Below are positions 30,880 through 43,233 of a stretch of DNA of 64,000 bases, in pieces. Location of the stretch: NCBI GenBank assembly GCA_963790475.1, contig CAWBOS010000012.1:1120001-1184000 (forward strand), in the 5' to 3' direction. The translations under genes were made by a program, and so were the position numbers. Source of the DNA: an uncultured delta proteobacterium (GTDB taxonomy: Bacteria; Desulfobacterota; RBG-13-43-22). The notes beneath the pieces were generated by a model. It had not been told where the DNA came from. It ran no database searches and was given only the letters and a program-made list of their open reading frames with translations. Positions within the stretch are counted from its first letter, which is position 1, and every line of letters starts with the position of its first letter.

Positions 30880-32202
30880 CTATTTCTTTAACAGGGTGAT
30901 GCTTTCCAGATGGAAGGTTTGGGGAAAAAAATCTACCGGTTGGGACCATTGAATTTTCCATCCCTGTTGGGTCAACCGGTTCAGGTCCCGAAAAAGGGTC
31001 ATGGGATTGCAGGAAATATAAATAATCCCTTTTAAGTCCCGGGCACCAAACATCGGGATTACTTCCTGGGCCCCGGTACGAGGGGGATCCAGAATGACCC
31101 AGGAAATTGTTTTGGCGAGCAGTTTTAATTGATGGAACGCATCTTCGGCCCTGGCTTCGATAAAGGTACAGTTGGAAATCCGGTTGATTTCCCGGTTCCA
31201 GCAGGCGTTGGCCACCGCCCGGGGAAAGGCCTCCAGACCGATGACTTCTTTAACCCTGAGGGCCAAGGGCAGGGAGAAATTTCCTAAGCCGCAATAAAGG
31301 TCCAGGACAGTGTCCTGCTGGGTAAATAAGTTTAACTCTAAGAGACGCGTTATCAACCGCCGGTTCAATTCCAGATTGACCTGAGTGAAAACCCCGGGGA
31401 AACAGGTTAATTGGAGGTCTTTGGAAAGACCGGTTTCAGAACCGGGAAGCGAAAATTCCGGGCTGTCCTTTTCCGGGGAGAAAGGGGGATTTCCTTTTAA
31501 AGTGAATTGATTGGATTCCTGGAAAAGGAGGTAGTTCAAACCTGGGATAGCTAAAAGTTCTTTGAGGATCTTTTCCCTTTGAGAGGGATCAATCCGCTGG
31601 GGAGCGTTAAAAATAATTCCGCCTTTTCGCGGCAGGTCAAAGACCAAGACCTCGATTTCCGGAGTCCATTCTTTATAGCGCAAATTCTGTATTTTTTCTC
31701 CAAGGGCTCCCAAGACTTCATTGGTCGCCTCATTGGCCAATAAACAGCGATTGATGGGGACCACTTGGTGACTTTTGGGTTTGAAAAATCCCAGGTTTAA
31801 GCGGTTGTTTTGCCAGGCTGTTTTAAGCTGAAGGCGATGACGGTAGCCGAATTCCGCGGGCGATTTCAGGGTTGGATGTACCAGAATTTCTTCCGATTTC
31901 AAAGTATGGTAAAGGGCTTGCCTGAATAATTTTTCTTTTTCCCGGATCTGCCCGTGAGGTGCCAGGTGCTGAAGTTGACATCCCCCGCATTCCCGGTAAA
32001 AAGGACAGGGAGGTTCAATCCGGTCCGGGGAAGGTTCCAGGATACGGAGCAACCTCCCCTGACTGTAATTTTTTTTTGATCGGATCACCCCCACTTCAAC
32101 GACTTCCCCTGGAAGGCCGAAGGGGATAAAGACGACTTTTCCTTCTATCCGGCCGATACCCTCCCCTCCCCAGGAAAGGTCTGTAATACGGACTTCAGGC
32201 AT
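30880..32202 (-). CDS. rlmD: 23S rRNA (uracil-C5)-methyltransferase
   Basis: TRAM domain, CPFYRECGGCQLQH, DLYCGLG, DPPR, YISCNP and FPQTFHLE. Confidence 0.93.
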   Translation of the reverse strand: MPEVRITDLSWGGEGIGRIEGKVVFIPFGLPGEVVEVGVIRSKKNYSQGRLLRILEPSPDRIEPPCPFYRECGGCQLQHLAPHGQIREKEKLFRQALYHTLKSEEILVHPTLKSPAEFGYRHRLQLKTAWQNNRLNLGFFKPKSHQVVPINRCLLANEATNEVLGALGEKIQNLRYKEWTPEIEVLVFDLPRKGGIIFNAPQRIDPSQREKILKELLAIPGLNYLLFQESNQFTLKGNPPFSPEKDSPEFSLPGSETGLSKDLQLTCFPGVFTQVNLELNRRLITRLLELNLFTQQDTVLDLYCGLGNFSLPLALRVKEVIGLEAFPRAVANACWNREINRISNCTFIEARAEDAFHQLKLLAKTISWVILDPPRTGAQEVIPMFGARDLKGIIYISCNPMTLFRDLNRLTQQGWKIQWSQPVDFFPQTFHLESITLLKK

Positions 32203-32263
32203 AATTTTATAATATTCTTATCATGTTAATTTTGAGATTTTATCCCTTCTTTCTTTTTTTGTC

Positions 32264-32349
32264 GGAGTATGAAGTATGGATTCCCTTGGGTCATTAGACC
32301 CTTACTCCATTGCCCCAGGACTCCATTACTCCAAGACTCCAATCCCCAT
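32264..32349. repeat. Intergenic degenerate octamer repeats (GGAGTATG / TTACTCCA)
   Basis: ttactcca ttgcccca ggactcca ttactcca agactcca, facing upstream ggagtatgaagtatgga. Confidence 0.6.
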
Positions 32350-32678
32350 TTCCAGTTTTTTGGCATTATAGGGTCTTGTTCCATGCTTTTCCATAATTAT
32401 TTAAAACAAATTTAATAGTTGACCTTCTTCGGTTCATTATGCTATGTAAGCAATGACAGTCTATGATTACAGGGTAATCGATCCGGATATCATGGGAGCT
32501 TCAAATAAAAGAAAACTCTTAAAGGGCTCCGGCCCTTAAAGTATTCAGTGGGTTTTTTGCGGAAACTCAGGACCGACCCTGATCGCCGGACCTGCCGGTT
32601 CAGGGGAAAAAGAATCATCCAATTCCAACAATAATCAAGCATAATACGGTTAAGACCAATAGGAGCATCGTCAAGCCA

Positions 32679-33335
32679 ATGGGCAAAAAAAAGAATGGAA
32701 ATGGAAACGGAAACGGCCGATCTATGGAAGGGATCTATTCTTTTTATTCTCCTTTCTATGATCTGATTTTCGGCAAAGTCTTTGAGTCCGGCAGAAGGCA
32801 GGCTATAAATTACTTGAATTCCTCCAGCAAAAAAGTCCTCGAAGTCGGAATCGGAACCGGTTTAACCTTGCCCCATTACCCTAAAAGTTGTCATATCGTG
32901 GGGATCGATATCTCCGCCAAGATGATCGAACGGGCCAAACAAAGGGTCAAAGAAATGGGGAATGGGCTCAAGGTCGACCTTGAAGTCATGGACGCCTGTA
33001 AAATGAATTTTGAAGACAATACTTTCGACGCCGTTCTTTCTCCCTATGTTTTTACTACCGTTCAGGACCCTCATCAATTCTGCCAGGAAATTATCCGGGT
33101 CTGTAAACCGGGCGGTCAAATCATTATTGTCAACCACTCTAAAGATCCTGATCGGCTGTTTGGAAAAATAGAATCCATCGCCTCCCCTTTGTTTGCCAAG
33201 GTCGGTTTTGTCACCAACCTGGATGTGGTATCCTTAGTCAGGTCCACGGAAATCGAGATCCAGAGAATCATTAAATGTAATCTCTTTAACCTGCACAAGA
33301 TCATCCTGGGGCAAAAACCCATACCCCTGAGTTGA
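32679..33335 (+). CDS. Class I SAM-dependent methyltransferase, PmtA-like (phospholipid N-methyltransferase)
   Basis: YSPFYDLIFG, VLEVGIGTG, GIDIS and RVCKPGGQIIIVNH. Confidence 0.75.
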   Translation: MGKKKNGNGNGNGRSMEGIYSFYSPFYDLIFGKVFESGRRQAINYLNSSSKKVLEVGIGTGLTLPHYPKSCHIVGIDISAKMIERAKQRVKEMGNGLKVDLEVMDACKMNFEDNTFDAVLSPYVFTTVQDPHQFCQEIIRVCKPGGQIIIVNHSKDPDRLFGKIESIASPLFAKVGFVTNLDVVSLVRSTEIEIQRIIKCNLFNLHKIILGQKPIPLS

Positions 33336-33461
33336 ACCTTTCTGGAATAAAATACGGAAAACTTTTTCGGGTTCAGCGTTCGTTGAACTCGATGTCATGA
33401 TTTGATAAGGCCCGTCCCAGGCGAGTATGGGGGTATATTTTTAGCCCTTGAGGATCTCCCT

Positions 33462-34884
33462 ATGTTGAAAAAAATAACAAAAAAAGAAGCCCAGGCCTTT
33501 GAAAAAAAACTGGCCTATCACCGGCGGCTGGTCTGGGATGAACTTTCCTCGGAGGAAGGGGAAAAGGTTTGGAAACTTTCCGAGGACTATAAGGTCTTTT
33601 TAAATGCCGCTAAAACTGAACGGGAAACGATCGGAGAAATCACTCGAAGATTAACCCGGGCGAGATTTATCAGCCTTGATCATTCCAACCCCAAGGGTAA
33701 GGTGTTCCAGGTACTGAAGGACAAAGTGTTGGCATTGGCTATTCCCGGAAAAAAACCCTTGTCCGCCGGGTTGCAAATAATCGCCTCCCATGTCGATGCG
33801 CCCCGCTTAGACTTAAAGCAACACCCTTTGTATGAAGAAGCGGATATGGCTTTCTTAAAGACCCATTATTATGGGGGAATAAAAAAATATCAATGGCTGG
33901 CCAGACCCCTTGCCCTTCATGGGACTATCCTTACTGCCGAAAATAAAAAAATCGATCTGGTTATAGGCGAAAAAGACCAGGATCCGGTCTTCTCCGTGGC
34001 CGATCTTCTTCCGCACCTGGCCCGAAAGGTCCAGATGGAAAAAAAGCTCTCCGAGGCCATTGAAGGTGAAAAACTCAACATCCTGGTCGGGAGTATTCCT
34101 CTGGGGCCGGAGGAAACCAAGGAACGGTTCAAGCTGGCGATCTTGCGGCATCTTAATGAAAAATACGGACTGATTGAAGAGGACCTGGTCAGTGCTGAAC
34201 TGGAACTGGTTCCGGCCGAGCCGGCCCGGGATGTAGGCCTGGACCGGGGGATCATCGGGGCCTATGGCCAGGATGATCGGGCCTGTGTCTTCAGCGCTTT
34301 GAAAGCCGCCCTGGAGGTCGAAAATCCAAACAGGACCGTGGTGCATCCTGTTTTTTGACAAAGAGGAAGTCGGCAGCGAAGGCAACACCAGCGCCCGGGC
34401 CCAGATATTGGAAACCTTTCTGACAAGCTTGTTTTCCCTAAAACGGGAGGCCTTTTCTCAGGAGATCCTCAATGAGACCCTGGCCGCTTCCCGGGCCATT
34501 TCGGCCGATGTGGCCGGGGCCTTGGACCCTGATTATCAGGAGGTCCATGAAAAGCGGAATGCTCCGCGTCTGGGGTGCGGACTTTGCCTGACTAAGTTTA
34601 CCGGTTCAGGCGGCAAAATCGGCTCCAGCGATGCCCATGCTGAATATGTTTACTGGATCAGGCAGTTGTTCAACCGGAACGGAATAGTCTGGCAGACCGG
34701 GGAATTGGGCAAGGTGGATGAAGGGGGAGGGGGTACAATCGCCAAATTTTTAGCCACTCTGGGACTGGACATTGTGGATTGCGGCACTCCGGTCCTGTCC
34801 ATGCATTCTCCCTTCGAATTGGTCAGTAAGGCCGACTTATATATGACTTACAAAGGATATAAGGCATTTCTTCTGTCATCATAA
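33462..34884 (+). CDS. M18-family aminopeptidase (1-nt indel near 34345)
   Basis: SHVDAPRLD, THYYGGIKKYQW and YGQDD; FDKEEVGS resumes in another frame; GGGGTIA and SMHSP. Confidence 0.9.
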
Positions 34885-35030
34885 CCGGTTCCAATTTCCA
34901 TCCGGTTCTTTCACCTTTTTGCATTGATATTCTTGTTCTTTGCCTGCTTTTAACTGGACTCCTTCTCTTTAAAAATAATATGGATATATAACAATAAAAT
35001 AAGCTTATCTACTTGAAAATAATAATTTTT

Positions 35031-36344
35031 ATGCCAATAAGCCTTGTCCTCTATAATATCCTTTCCGGGATTCTTTTTTTAGTTGGGTTTCCTTTCCTGA
35101 TCTTGTATAATCTGGCGCAGGGAAAGTACAGCAATCGTCTGGTCGAGAGGTTGGGGCGCTATCCGCTATCCTTTCGGCCTGAGGATGACTCGCCCGACTC
35201 GAAACCCATCTGGATTCATGCCGTCTCGATGGGCGAGGTCAAGGCCGCCGTTGCCCTGACCCAGAGGATCAAAGAGCAACTCCCCGATGTTCCCATTCTT
35301 GTTTCAACAACTACTCCGGCAGGAAGGGAAACAGCTGAAACGCTCTTGGGAAAGGAAATATCCGTTATTTACTTTCCCCTGGATTTTTACCCCTGCGTAA
35401 AAAGGGCGGTGAACTTCTTTCGCCCCAGGGCCTTTGTGGCTATGGAGACCGAATTATGGCCCAACTTTCTTTTTCAAGTTGACAAATCAGGCAGTAAATT
35501 GATCCTGGCTAACGGTCGGATCTCCAACCGTTCTTTTAAACGATATAGAAGTTTTCGCTGGTTATTTAGGCCGGTACTGGAAAAGTTCAAGGTGCTGATG
35601 GTCAGGGATGCGGATGATGCCAACAAATTGATTAGGTTAGGGGCTAATCCTGAGCGGGTCCAGGTTTTTGGAAACATCAAATATGATGGTCTATTGGAAC
35701 AGGCTAAGGAGACCTTGCCCCCCATGATTCGGCAACGGCTTCTTCTTCCGGAAGACAAATCTGTAATCCTCGCCGGCAGTACCCGTGGGGGCGAGGAAGA
35801 GGTGCTTCTTGCGGTCTATCACCATCTAAAGGCCTCTTTCCCGGACTTGATTTTAATCCTGGTTCCCCGGCATATCAATCGATGTCCTGAGATAGAAAAG
35901 CTGTTACAAAAGCAAGGGACCCCTTACCAGTTATATAGCCGGATCATTTCGCCGGAGGGGCAGAGGAAAGAAGCGGTCATCCTCGTCGATCGAATCGGTG
36001 ATCTCTTTGCCCTCTACAGCCTGGCCACCCTGGTTTTCTGCGGGGCCAGCCTGGTCCCTAAGGGAGGGCAGAATATTTTAGAACCGGCAGCCTGGGGGAA
36101 ACTGGTCTTCTATGGACCTCACATGGACGATTTTAAAGATGCTTGCCGTCTTTTGGAAGAGGCCGGGGCCGGGATTATGATCCGCAACCAGGAAGAATTG
36201 GAAAAACAAATGGCCTATTATTTAATACACCCGGAAGAACGGAAAAAACGAGGAGAAGCCGGCCGGGAGATTTTGAAATCACAGGCGGGATTAACGAAAA
36301 AAGCGGCGGGGATTATCGCCGAAGTGATAAGGACTCCGGATTGA
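35031..36344 (+). CDS. waaA: 3-deoxy-D-manno-octulosonate (Kdo) transferase
   Basis: WIHAVSMGE, ETELWPN, GNIKYD, VPRH and GGQNILEP. Confidence 0.95.
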   Translation: MPISLVLYNILSGILFLVGFPFLILYNLAQGKYSNRLVERLGRYPLSFRPEDDSPDSKPIWIHAVSMGEVKAAVALTQRIKEQLPDVPILVSTTTPAGRETAETLLGKEISVIYFPLDFYPCVKRAVNFFRPRAFVAMETELWPNFLFQVDKSGSKLILANGRISNRSFKRYRSFRWLFRPVLEKFKVLMVRDADDANKLIRLGANPERVQVFGNIKYDGLLEQAKETLPPMIRQRLLLPEDKSVILAGSTRGGEEEVLLAVYHHLKASFPDLILILVPRHINRCPEIEKLLQKQGTPYQLYSRIISPEGQRKEAVILVDRIGDLFALYSLATLVFCGASLVPKGGQNILEPAAWGKLVFYGPHMDDFKDACRLLEEAGAGIMIRNQEELEKQMAYYLIHPEERKKRGEAGREILKSQAGLTKKAAGIIAEVIRTPD

Positions 36345-36345
36345 A

Positions 36346-37485
36346 ATGAAGGCGTTATTAGCATTAGAAGACGGGACGGTATTCCCGGCCCGGTCCTTCA
36401 CCGGCCCTGGAGAGGCCGAAGGGGAATGTGTGTTCAACACGGCCATGACCGGATATCAGGAAATCATGACCGACCCTTCGTATAAAGGACAGTTGGTGAC
36501 CATGACCTATCCCTTGATCGGGAATTACGGAACCAATGATCAGGATGTCGAATCAGACCGGATCCAGGTCGAGGCCTTTTTGGTCAAGGAATATCTGCCC
36601 TTTCCGAGCAATTTTCGCTCTCAGGCCCCTTTGGCTGATTATCTTAAGAAAAATAAGGTGCTGGGACTAGAGGGAATCGACACCAGGGCCTTGACCCGTC
36701 ATCTGAGAAATTGTGGGGCTATGCGAGCTGTTGGCTCGACAGAAGAATTAAGACCGGAAGTATTAATCGAAAAGGCAAGGTCCATTCCATCTATGCTCGG
36801 CCTGGCATTGGCTGATCGGGTCACCACCTCCCGGCCTTACCGCTGGATTCAAGGCAAACCACAACCCATCCCTTCGGAGCAGGTGGTCCATCCATGGAAT
36901 GCCAGTGGATCTGAATATAAGGTGGTGGTTGTCGACTACGGTATTAAATACAACAGTCTCCGCTCATTAGAGAAGAGAGGATGTCAGGTACTGGTAGTGC
37001 CGGCCCAGACTTCGGACCGGGAAATCCTGGCTTTAAGACCTGACGGCCTATCTACTTTCCAACGGCCCCGGTGATCCGGCCGCCGACCTGGGGATCATAA
37101 AGACCATTCAAAATCTCTTGGGCCTGATGCCCATATTCGGTATCTGTCTGGGGAATCTTTTCCTGGGCTGGCCTTGGGTGGGACAACTTCAAAACTCAAG
37201 TTCGGCCACCGGGGGGCCAACCAGCCGGTCAAATATTTGAAGACCGGCCGGGTGGAAATCACCTCTCAGAATCACGGCTTTTCCGTGGATTTGGAATCGC
37301 TGAAGGATCCCGACGTGGAACTGACCCATATCAACTTAAACGATCAAACCCTGGAAGGGATGGAACATAAAAGGCTGCCCATTTTTTCCGTCCAGTATCA
37401 TCCCGAGGCCTCGCCCGGTCCTCATGATGCCTCTTATTTATTTGATCATTTCCTGTCCCTCATGAGGAAAAGCCGGAGAAAATAG
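36346..37485 (+). CDS. carA: Carbamoyl-phosphate synthase small subunit (indels near 37050 and 37165)
   Basis: [10 protein letters not shown] and GIDTRAL; SNGPGDP and GICLG in a middle frame; [10 protein letters not shown] and [10 protein letters not shown]. Confidence 0.93.
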
Positions 37486-37488
37486 TCC

Positions 37489-40400
37489 ATGCCCAAACGA
37501 ACCGACATTCAAAAAATACTGATTATCGGCTCCGGACCGATCATCATCAGTCAAGCCTGCGAATTTGATTATTCGGGCACCCAGGCCTGCAAGGCCTTGC
37601 GGGAGGAAGGTTTTGAAATCGTCCTGGTCAACAGCAACCCGGCCACGATCATGACCGACCCGGAGATGGCCCATAGAACTTATATCGAACCGGTCACTCC
37701 CGGAAATCGTGGCCAAGATAATCGAACGGGAACGCCCTCAGGCCTTACTGCCGACCTTGGGCGGGCAGACCGGTCTTAACACCGCTGTTGCCGTAGCCGA
37801 GATGGGGGTTTTGGACCGTTTCGGCGTTGAAATGATCGGGGCCTCGCTACCGGTGATTAAAAAGGCCGAGGACCGGGATGAGTTCCGCCGGGCCATGTGG
37901 AAGATCGGGTTGCGAGTGCCGGAAAGCGTTATTGTCACCAGCTTGGAGGAAGCCCGCGCCCAGGCCGAAAAAATCGGCTACCCGAATATCATTCGGCCCA
38001 GCTTTACCTTGGGTGGGACCGGCGGTGGAGTGGCCTATAACCGGGAGGAATTCGAACGCCTGGTAACCTCCGGACTTGAGGCCAGCATGATCCATCAGGT
38101 CATGCTGGAGGAATCGGTCTTGGGCTGGAAGGAATTTGAACTGGAGGTCATGCGGGATTTCAAGGACAATGTGGTCATTATTTGTTCCATTGAAAATTTC
38201 GATCCCATGGGCGTCCATACCGGGGATTCCATTACCGTGGCCCCGGCCCAGACCCTGACCGACAAAGAGTATCAATTAATGCGGGATGCCTCTCTGGCTA
38301 TCATCCGCGAGATCGGGGTGGAGACCGGCGGATCCAATATCCAGTTTGCCGTGCATCCCGGGACCGGCGAGATGGTGGTCATTGAAATGAATCCCCGGGT
38401 CTCCCGGTCCTCGGCCCTGGCCTCAAAGGCTACCGGATTTCCAATCGCCAAGATCGCCGCCAAACTGGCCGTGGGTTATACCCTCGATGAAATCCCCAAT
38501 GACATCACCAAAGAGACCATGGCCTCTTTTGAACCGACCATTGATTACTGCGTGGTGAAGATCCCCCGCTGGACCTTTGAAAAATTTCCCGGAGCGGAAG
38601 ATTACCTGACCACTTCCATGAAATCCGTAGGCGAGGCCATGGCCATCGGCCGAACCTTCAAAGAAGCTCTGCAAAAAGGGATCCGCTCCCTGGAAATCGG
38701 AAGATTCGGGTTTGGGGCCGACGGAAAGGATCTTTTTCAGATTCCTTTGGATGAAATCCACAAAAAACTCCGCCAGCCCAATTCCCAACGGATTTTTTAT
38801 TTGAAGGCCGCTCTAGAGGCGGGCATTGGGGTTGAAGAAATTTATGACCTGACCGGGATAGACCCTTGGTTTCTCCGTAACCTGTCCCAGATTTTGGTCA
38901 TGGAAAAAACCTTGGCCGGACAGACCATGGAAACTCTGACGCCGGAATTGCTGCGACAGGCCAAGGAATACGGCTTCTCCGATGTGCAGCTCGGCCATTT
39001 GCTAAAGGCGCCTTCAGCGGAAGTATTTGAGAAAAGACAAAAACTCGAGATGCTTCCGGTCTACAAATTAGTGGATACCTGCGCTGCCGAATTCGAGGCC
39101 TATACCCCTTATTATTATTCGACCTATGAGCAGGAAGATGAGTCTCGGGCTTCGGAAAAAGAACGGATCATGATCCTCGGCGGCGGGCCCAACCGGATAG
39201 GGCAGGGGATCGAATTCGACTATTGCTGTGTCCATGCTTCCCTGACGGCCAGGGAAGAGGGCTATACCAGCATCATGGTCAACAGTAATCCGGAAACGGT
39301 CAGCACGGACTATGATATTTCCGACAAACTGTATTTTGAACCCCTCACCCATGAAGATGTCTATCATATCATCGACCGGGAAAAACCCAAGGGGGTCATC
39401 GTTCAGTTCGGGGGCCAAACCCCTTTGAATCTTGCTGTGGGTCTTCAAGCGGTCTCGGCCCCGATCATCGGCACTTCACCGGACAGTATCGACCGGGCCG
39501 AAGACCGGGAACGCTTTAAAAAATTATTGAAAAAGTTGGGTTTGCTTCAGCCGGAAAACGGGACGGCCTTTACCACCCAGGAAGCCCTGGCCGTTGCCGA
39601 AACGATCGGCTACCCCGTGGTCGTCCGGCCTTCTTATGTCCTGGGTGGCCGGGCGATGGAGATTGTTTATGAGCCGGCGGCCCTGGAAATTTTTATGGCC
39701 AAAGCGGTTCTGGTCTCACCGGGCCATCCTATCCTGATCGATAAATTTCTGGAGGAGGCCATTGAAATCGACGTGGACGCTGTTTCCGACGGGCAAAAGT
39801 CCTTGATCTGCGGGATTATGGAACATATTGAAGAGGCGGGGATCCATTCCGGCGACAGTGCTTGCGTCCTGCCCCCTTATACGCTCAAAGCAGAGCAGAT
39901 TGACCGGATTAAATCCAATACCTATGCCTTGGCCCGGGAGTTGGGGGTTCAGGGTCTTATGAATATTCAATATGCGATTAAAGGCGACACCCTCTATGTC
40001 CTGGAGGTCAATCCCCGGGCTTCGCGGACGATCCCCTTTGTCAGTAAGGCCACCGGAATTCCTTGGGCCAAGGTGGCTACCCGGGTGATGCTGGGTCTGA
40101 CCCTGGAATCGCAAGGGTTGACTAAAGAGATTGTTCCCGCCCATATTTCAGTCAAGGAATCGGTATTCCCCTTCTTACGTTTTCCTGGAGTGGATACGCT
40201 GCTTGGCCCGGAGATGAAGTCCACCGGAGAGGTCATGGGCATTGATCAAAGTTTCGGCCTGGCCTTCGCCAAATCGCAGTTGGCCGCCGGCGTCGATCTG
40301 CCCCTGACCGGCACGGTCTTTATCAGTGTCAAAGACCAGGATAAAAAAATGATTCTATCCACGGCCCAAAAGCTCTATAATCTGGGGTTTAAAATCATGG

Positions 40401-40751
40401 CCACTGCCGGGACTTCACAATTCTTGGACCAGGCCGGCTTTCCCAACCAAAAAGTCAACAAGGTCCGGGAAGGAAGGCCTCATGTGGTGGACCTCATGAA
40501 GAACGGGGAGATTCAATTGGTCATCAACACCACCATTGGTTCAAAAAGCGTTTCTGAATCCGCCTCCATCCGGCAGACCGCTCTCGATTAACCAGATCCC
40601 TTATACCACCACGGTGGCCGGGGCCAGGGCCACGGCCGAGGCGATTGAAGCCCTGCAGCAAAAAAAACTTTCCGTAAGAACCATACAGGAGTATCATAAG
40701 GATTTGAAAATAGCTCAAAGTCTGAAAGTTTTTCTTTCGGAACGGGAATAA
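37489..40751 (+). CDS. carB: Carbamoyl-phosphate synthase large subunit (indels near 37700 and 40590)
   Basis: [30 protein letters not shown] and GQGIEFDY, plus the MGS domain. Confidence 0.96.
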
Positions 40752-40841
40752 CGTCGATGGGTTTTAAAAACTTTTTTTAGGTTGTCAAAGTTACGGGGTT
40801 TGGTTTACTTTTCAACAGAAAATCATTTAAAGGCAACAACA

Positions 40842-42246
40842 ATGGAAATTTTTGAAGATCGGGCATTAAAAGAGGAATGCGGCATTTTCGGGATTTTTGG
40901 CCATCCGGATGCTGCTAAACTAACCTATTTCGGTTTATACGCCTTGCAGCACCGCGGGGAAGAGAGCGCCGGTATCGTCATTTCCGACGGCACCCAGGTT
41001 CGGGAACAAAGAGGAATGGGTCTGGTGGCCGATGTTTTTGACGAACAAAGCCTTGCCGCCCTTCATGGGAACCTGGCTATAGGACATGTCCGCTATTCCA
41101 CTACCGGTTCCTCGATGTTGAAAAATGCCCAACCCTTCCTGGTTTCTCATGGCGGAATGTCCCTGGCCATCGCCCACAACGGAAATCTGACCAATGCCCA
41201 TGAACTCCGCCTGGGGTTGGAAAAGAAAGGGGCCATCTTTCAATCCAGCATGGATAGCGAGATTTTCATTCATCTCATCGCCCATGGGTTGACACAGGGA
41301 TTTGAAACGGCCCTCATTCAGGCCTTATCCCAGGTTCAGGGGGCCTATTCCATGCTCCTTTTAACTCAGGATCAAATCATTGGGGCCCGGGATCCCAACG
41401 GTTTTCGCCCCTTGTGCCTGGGGAGATTGAACGGGGCTTATGTGCTGGCTTCCGAGACCTGCGCCCTGGATCTGGTGGAGGCCCAATATGTGCGGGATAT
41501 TGAACCCGGCGAAATTATTTTTATCAACAAGAACGGTCTTCGCTCCGTCAAGCCGACCACGTAAGGTCCGGAAGTCCTTTTGCATCTTTGAATTTATTTA
41601 TTTTGCCCGGCCGGACAGTTATATCTTCGGGCAGAATGTTTATCAGGTCCGGAAGCGATTGGGGCAGATGCTGGCCAAGGAATTCCAACTCCAGGGGGAT
41701 CTGGCCATGCCCTTCCCGGATTCCGGGAATTACGCCGCCCTGGGTTTTGCTGAAGCCTCTAACATCCCTTTTGAAATGGCAGTCATCCGCAATCATTATG
41801 TGGGACGAACCTTTATTCAGCCCACTCAGAGTATGCGGGATTTCGGGGTTCGGGTCAAACTCAATCCGGTCCGCTCGGTACTGAAAGGAAAACGGGTGGT
41901 CATCATCGAAGATTCCATAATCCGGGGGACCACCAGCCGCACCCGGGTTCAGGCCGTTCGTTCCGCCGGAGCCAGGGAAATTCATATGCTGGTCAGCTGC
42001 CCCCCGCATCAATTCCCTTGTTTTTACGGAATCGATTTTTCTACCAAAGGGGAGTTGATCGCCTGCCACCATTCCGTGGAGGAAATCAGAAAATATTTAG
42101 GTTTGGATGGGTTGGGATATCTCAGTGTCGACGGGATGGTTGCGGCCACCGGTCTGCCGGAGTCGAACTTTTGCCTGGCCTGTTTTGACGGCCGGTACCC
42201 GGTACAACCCGATCTGGCCTTTACCAAGGATTGTCTGGAAGGGTAG
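40842..42246 (+). CDS. purF: Amidophosphoribosyltransferase (indel near 41561)
   Basis: EECGIFG, QHRGEE, GHVRYST and HNGN; then CIFEFIYFARPDS, EDSIIRGTT and FCLACF. Confidence 0.95.
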
Positions 42247-42255
42247 TACGCGCTC

Positions 42256-43230
42256 ATGGTATTGGATGACGCCAAAGAGGTATTGGAAGTCGAAGCCCAG
42301 GGGATATTAAGTCTCATTCCCAAGTTGGGACCGGAATTTGAAAAGGCCGTTGAGGCCATCTATCAACTCCAAGGACGAGTGATTTTGACCGGAATCGGTA
42401 AGGCGGGTATCGTGGCCAGGAAGATCGTGGCCACCTTAAACAGCACCGGAACCCCGGCTCTGTTTCTGCATCCGGTGGATGCCATGCACGGTGACCTGGG
42501 GATGGTCACCTCCAAAGATATCGTCCTGGCCATCTCCAACAGCGGGGAAACCGTGGACCTGAACATTATTCTGCCCAGTATCAAACAAATCGGGGCCAAG
42601 CTGATTTCTTTTGTCGGCAACCCGGAATCGACTCTGGCCAGACAAAGTGATCTGATGATCGATGTCGGGGTGGAAAAGGAGGCCTGTCCCCTGGGATTGG
42701 CCCCGACGACCAGCACCACCGCCGCCCTGGCTATGGGTGATGCCCTGGCGGTGGCCTTGATTAAACGGCGGCAGTTCAATCATCAGGACTTTAAACGATT
42801 TCATCCCGGAGGAAGCCTTGGGGAACGGTTGTCGGTTAAAGTCTCCGAGGTCATGCTCACCGGCGAGCAGGTCCCGATGGTATCTCCCAACCAAACTCTA
42901 TTGGAAGCCGTTGAGGCGGATGCCAAAGATCTGGGGGCCACTCTGGTGGTGGATCATGATCAAAAGTTGGTAGGTATTATAACCGATGGGGACTTAAGAA
43001 GGCTCTTTAAACGGAAGTTGTCTCTGGAAGAAACCCTCATCGGACAAGTCATGACCCCGGATCCCAAGTCCATTTCACCCGAGATTCTGGCCTCCGAGGC
43101 CCTGGAAATGATGGAACAGTACCTGATCACCATCCTGCCTATTGTCGACTCCCAGAAAAAGGTCTTGGGTATTTTACATCTGCACGACTTGCTGGGCAAA
43201 GGGGAATTTAAATTCAGTAACAGGGAGTGA
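42256..43230 (+). CDS. kdsD: Arabinose-5-phosphate isomerase (KpsF/GutQ)
   Basis: TGIGKAG, HGDLG, SNSGET, APTTST and HPGGSLG, plus a CBS pair. Confidence 0.93.
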   Translation: MVLDDAKEVLEVEAQGILSLIPKLGPEFEKAVEAIYQLQGRVILTGIGKAGIVARKIVATLNSTGTPALFLHPVDAMHGDLGMVTSKDIVLAISNSGETVDLNIILPSIKQIGAKLISFVGNPESTLARQSDLMIDVGVEKEACPLGLAPTTSTTAALAMGDALAVALIKRRQFNHQDFKRFHPGGSLGERLSVKVSEVMLTGEQVPMVSPNQTLLEAVEADAKDLGATLVVDHDQKLVGIITDGDLRRLFKRKLSLEETLIGQVMTPDPKSISPEILASEALEMMEQYLITILPIVDSQKKVLGILHLHDLLGKGEFKFSNRE

Positions 43231-43233
43231 GCC

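Noticed and set aside
37738-40242. Numerous 60-140-aa antisense and alternative-frame ORFs over carB and other core genes
   Set aside because: Shadow ORFs of GC-rich codon usage, with no motifs or SD sites.
36346-42246. Programmed frameshifting or true pseudogenisation of carA, carB and purF
   Set aside because: No slippery heptamers or consistent signal and no other decay; best explained as sequencing indels.
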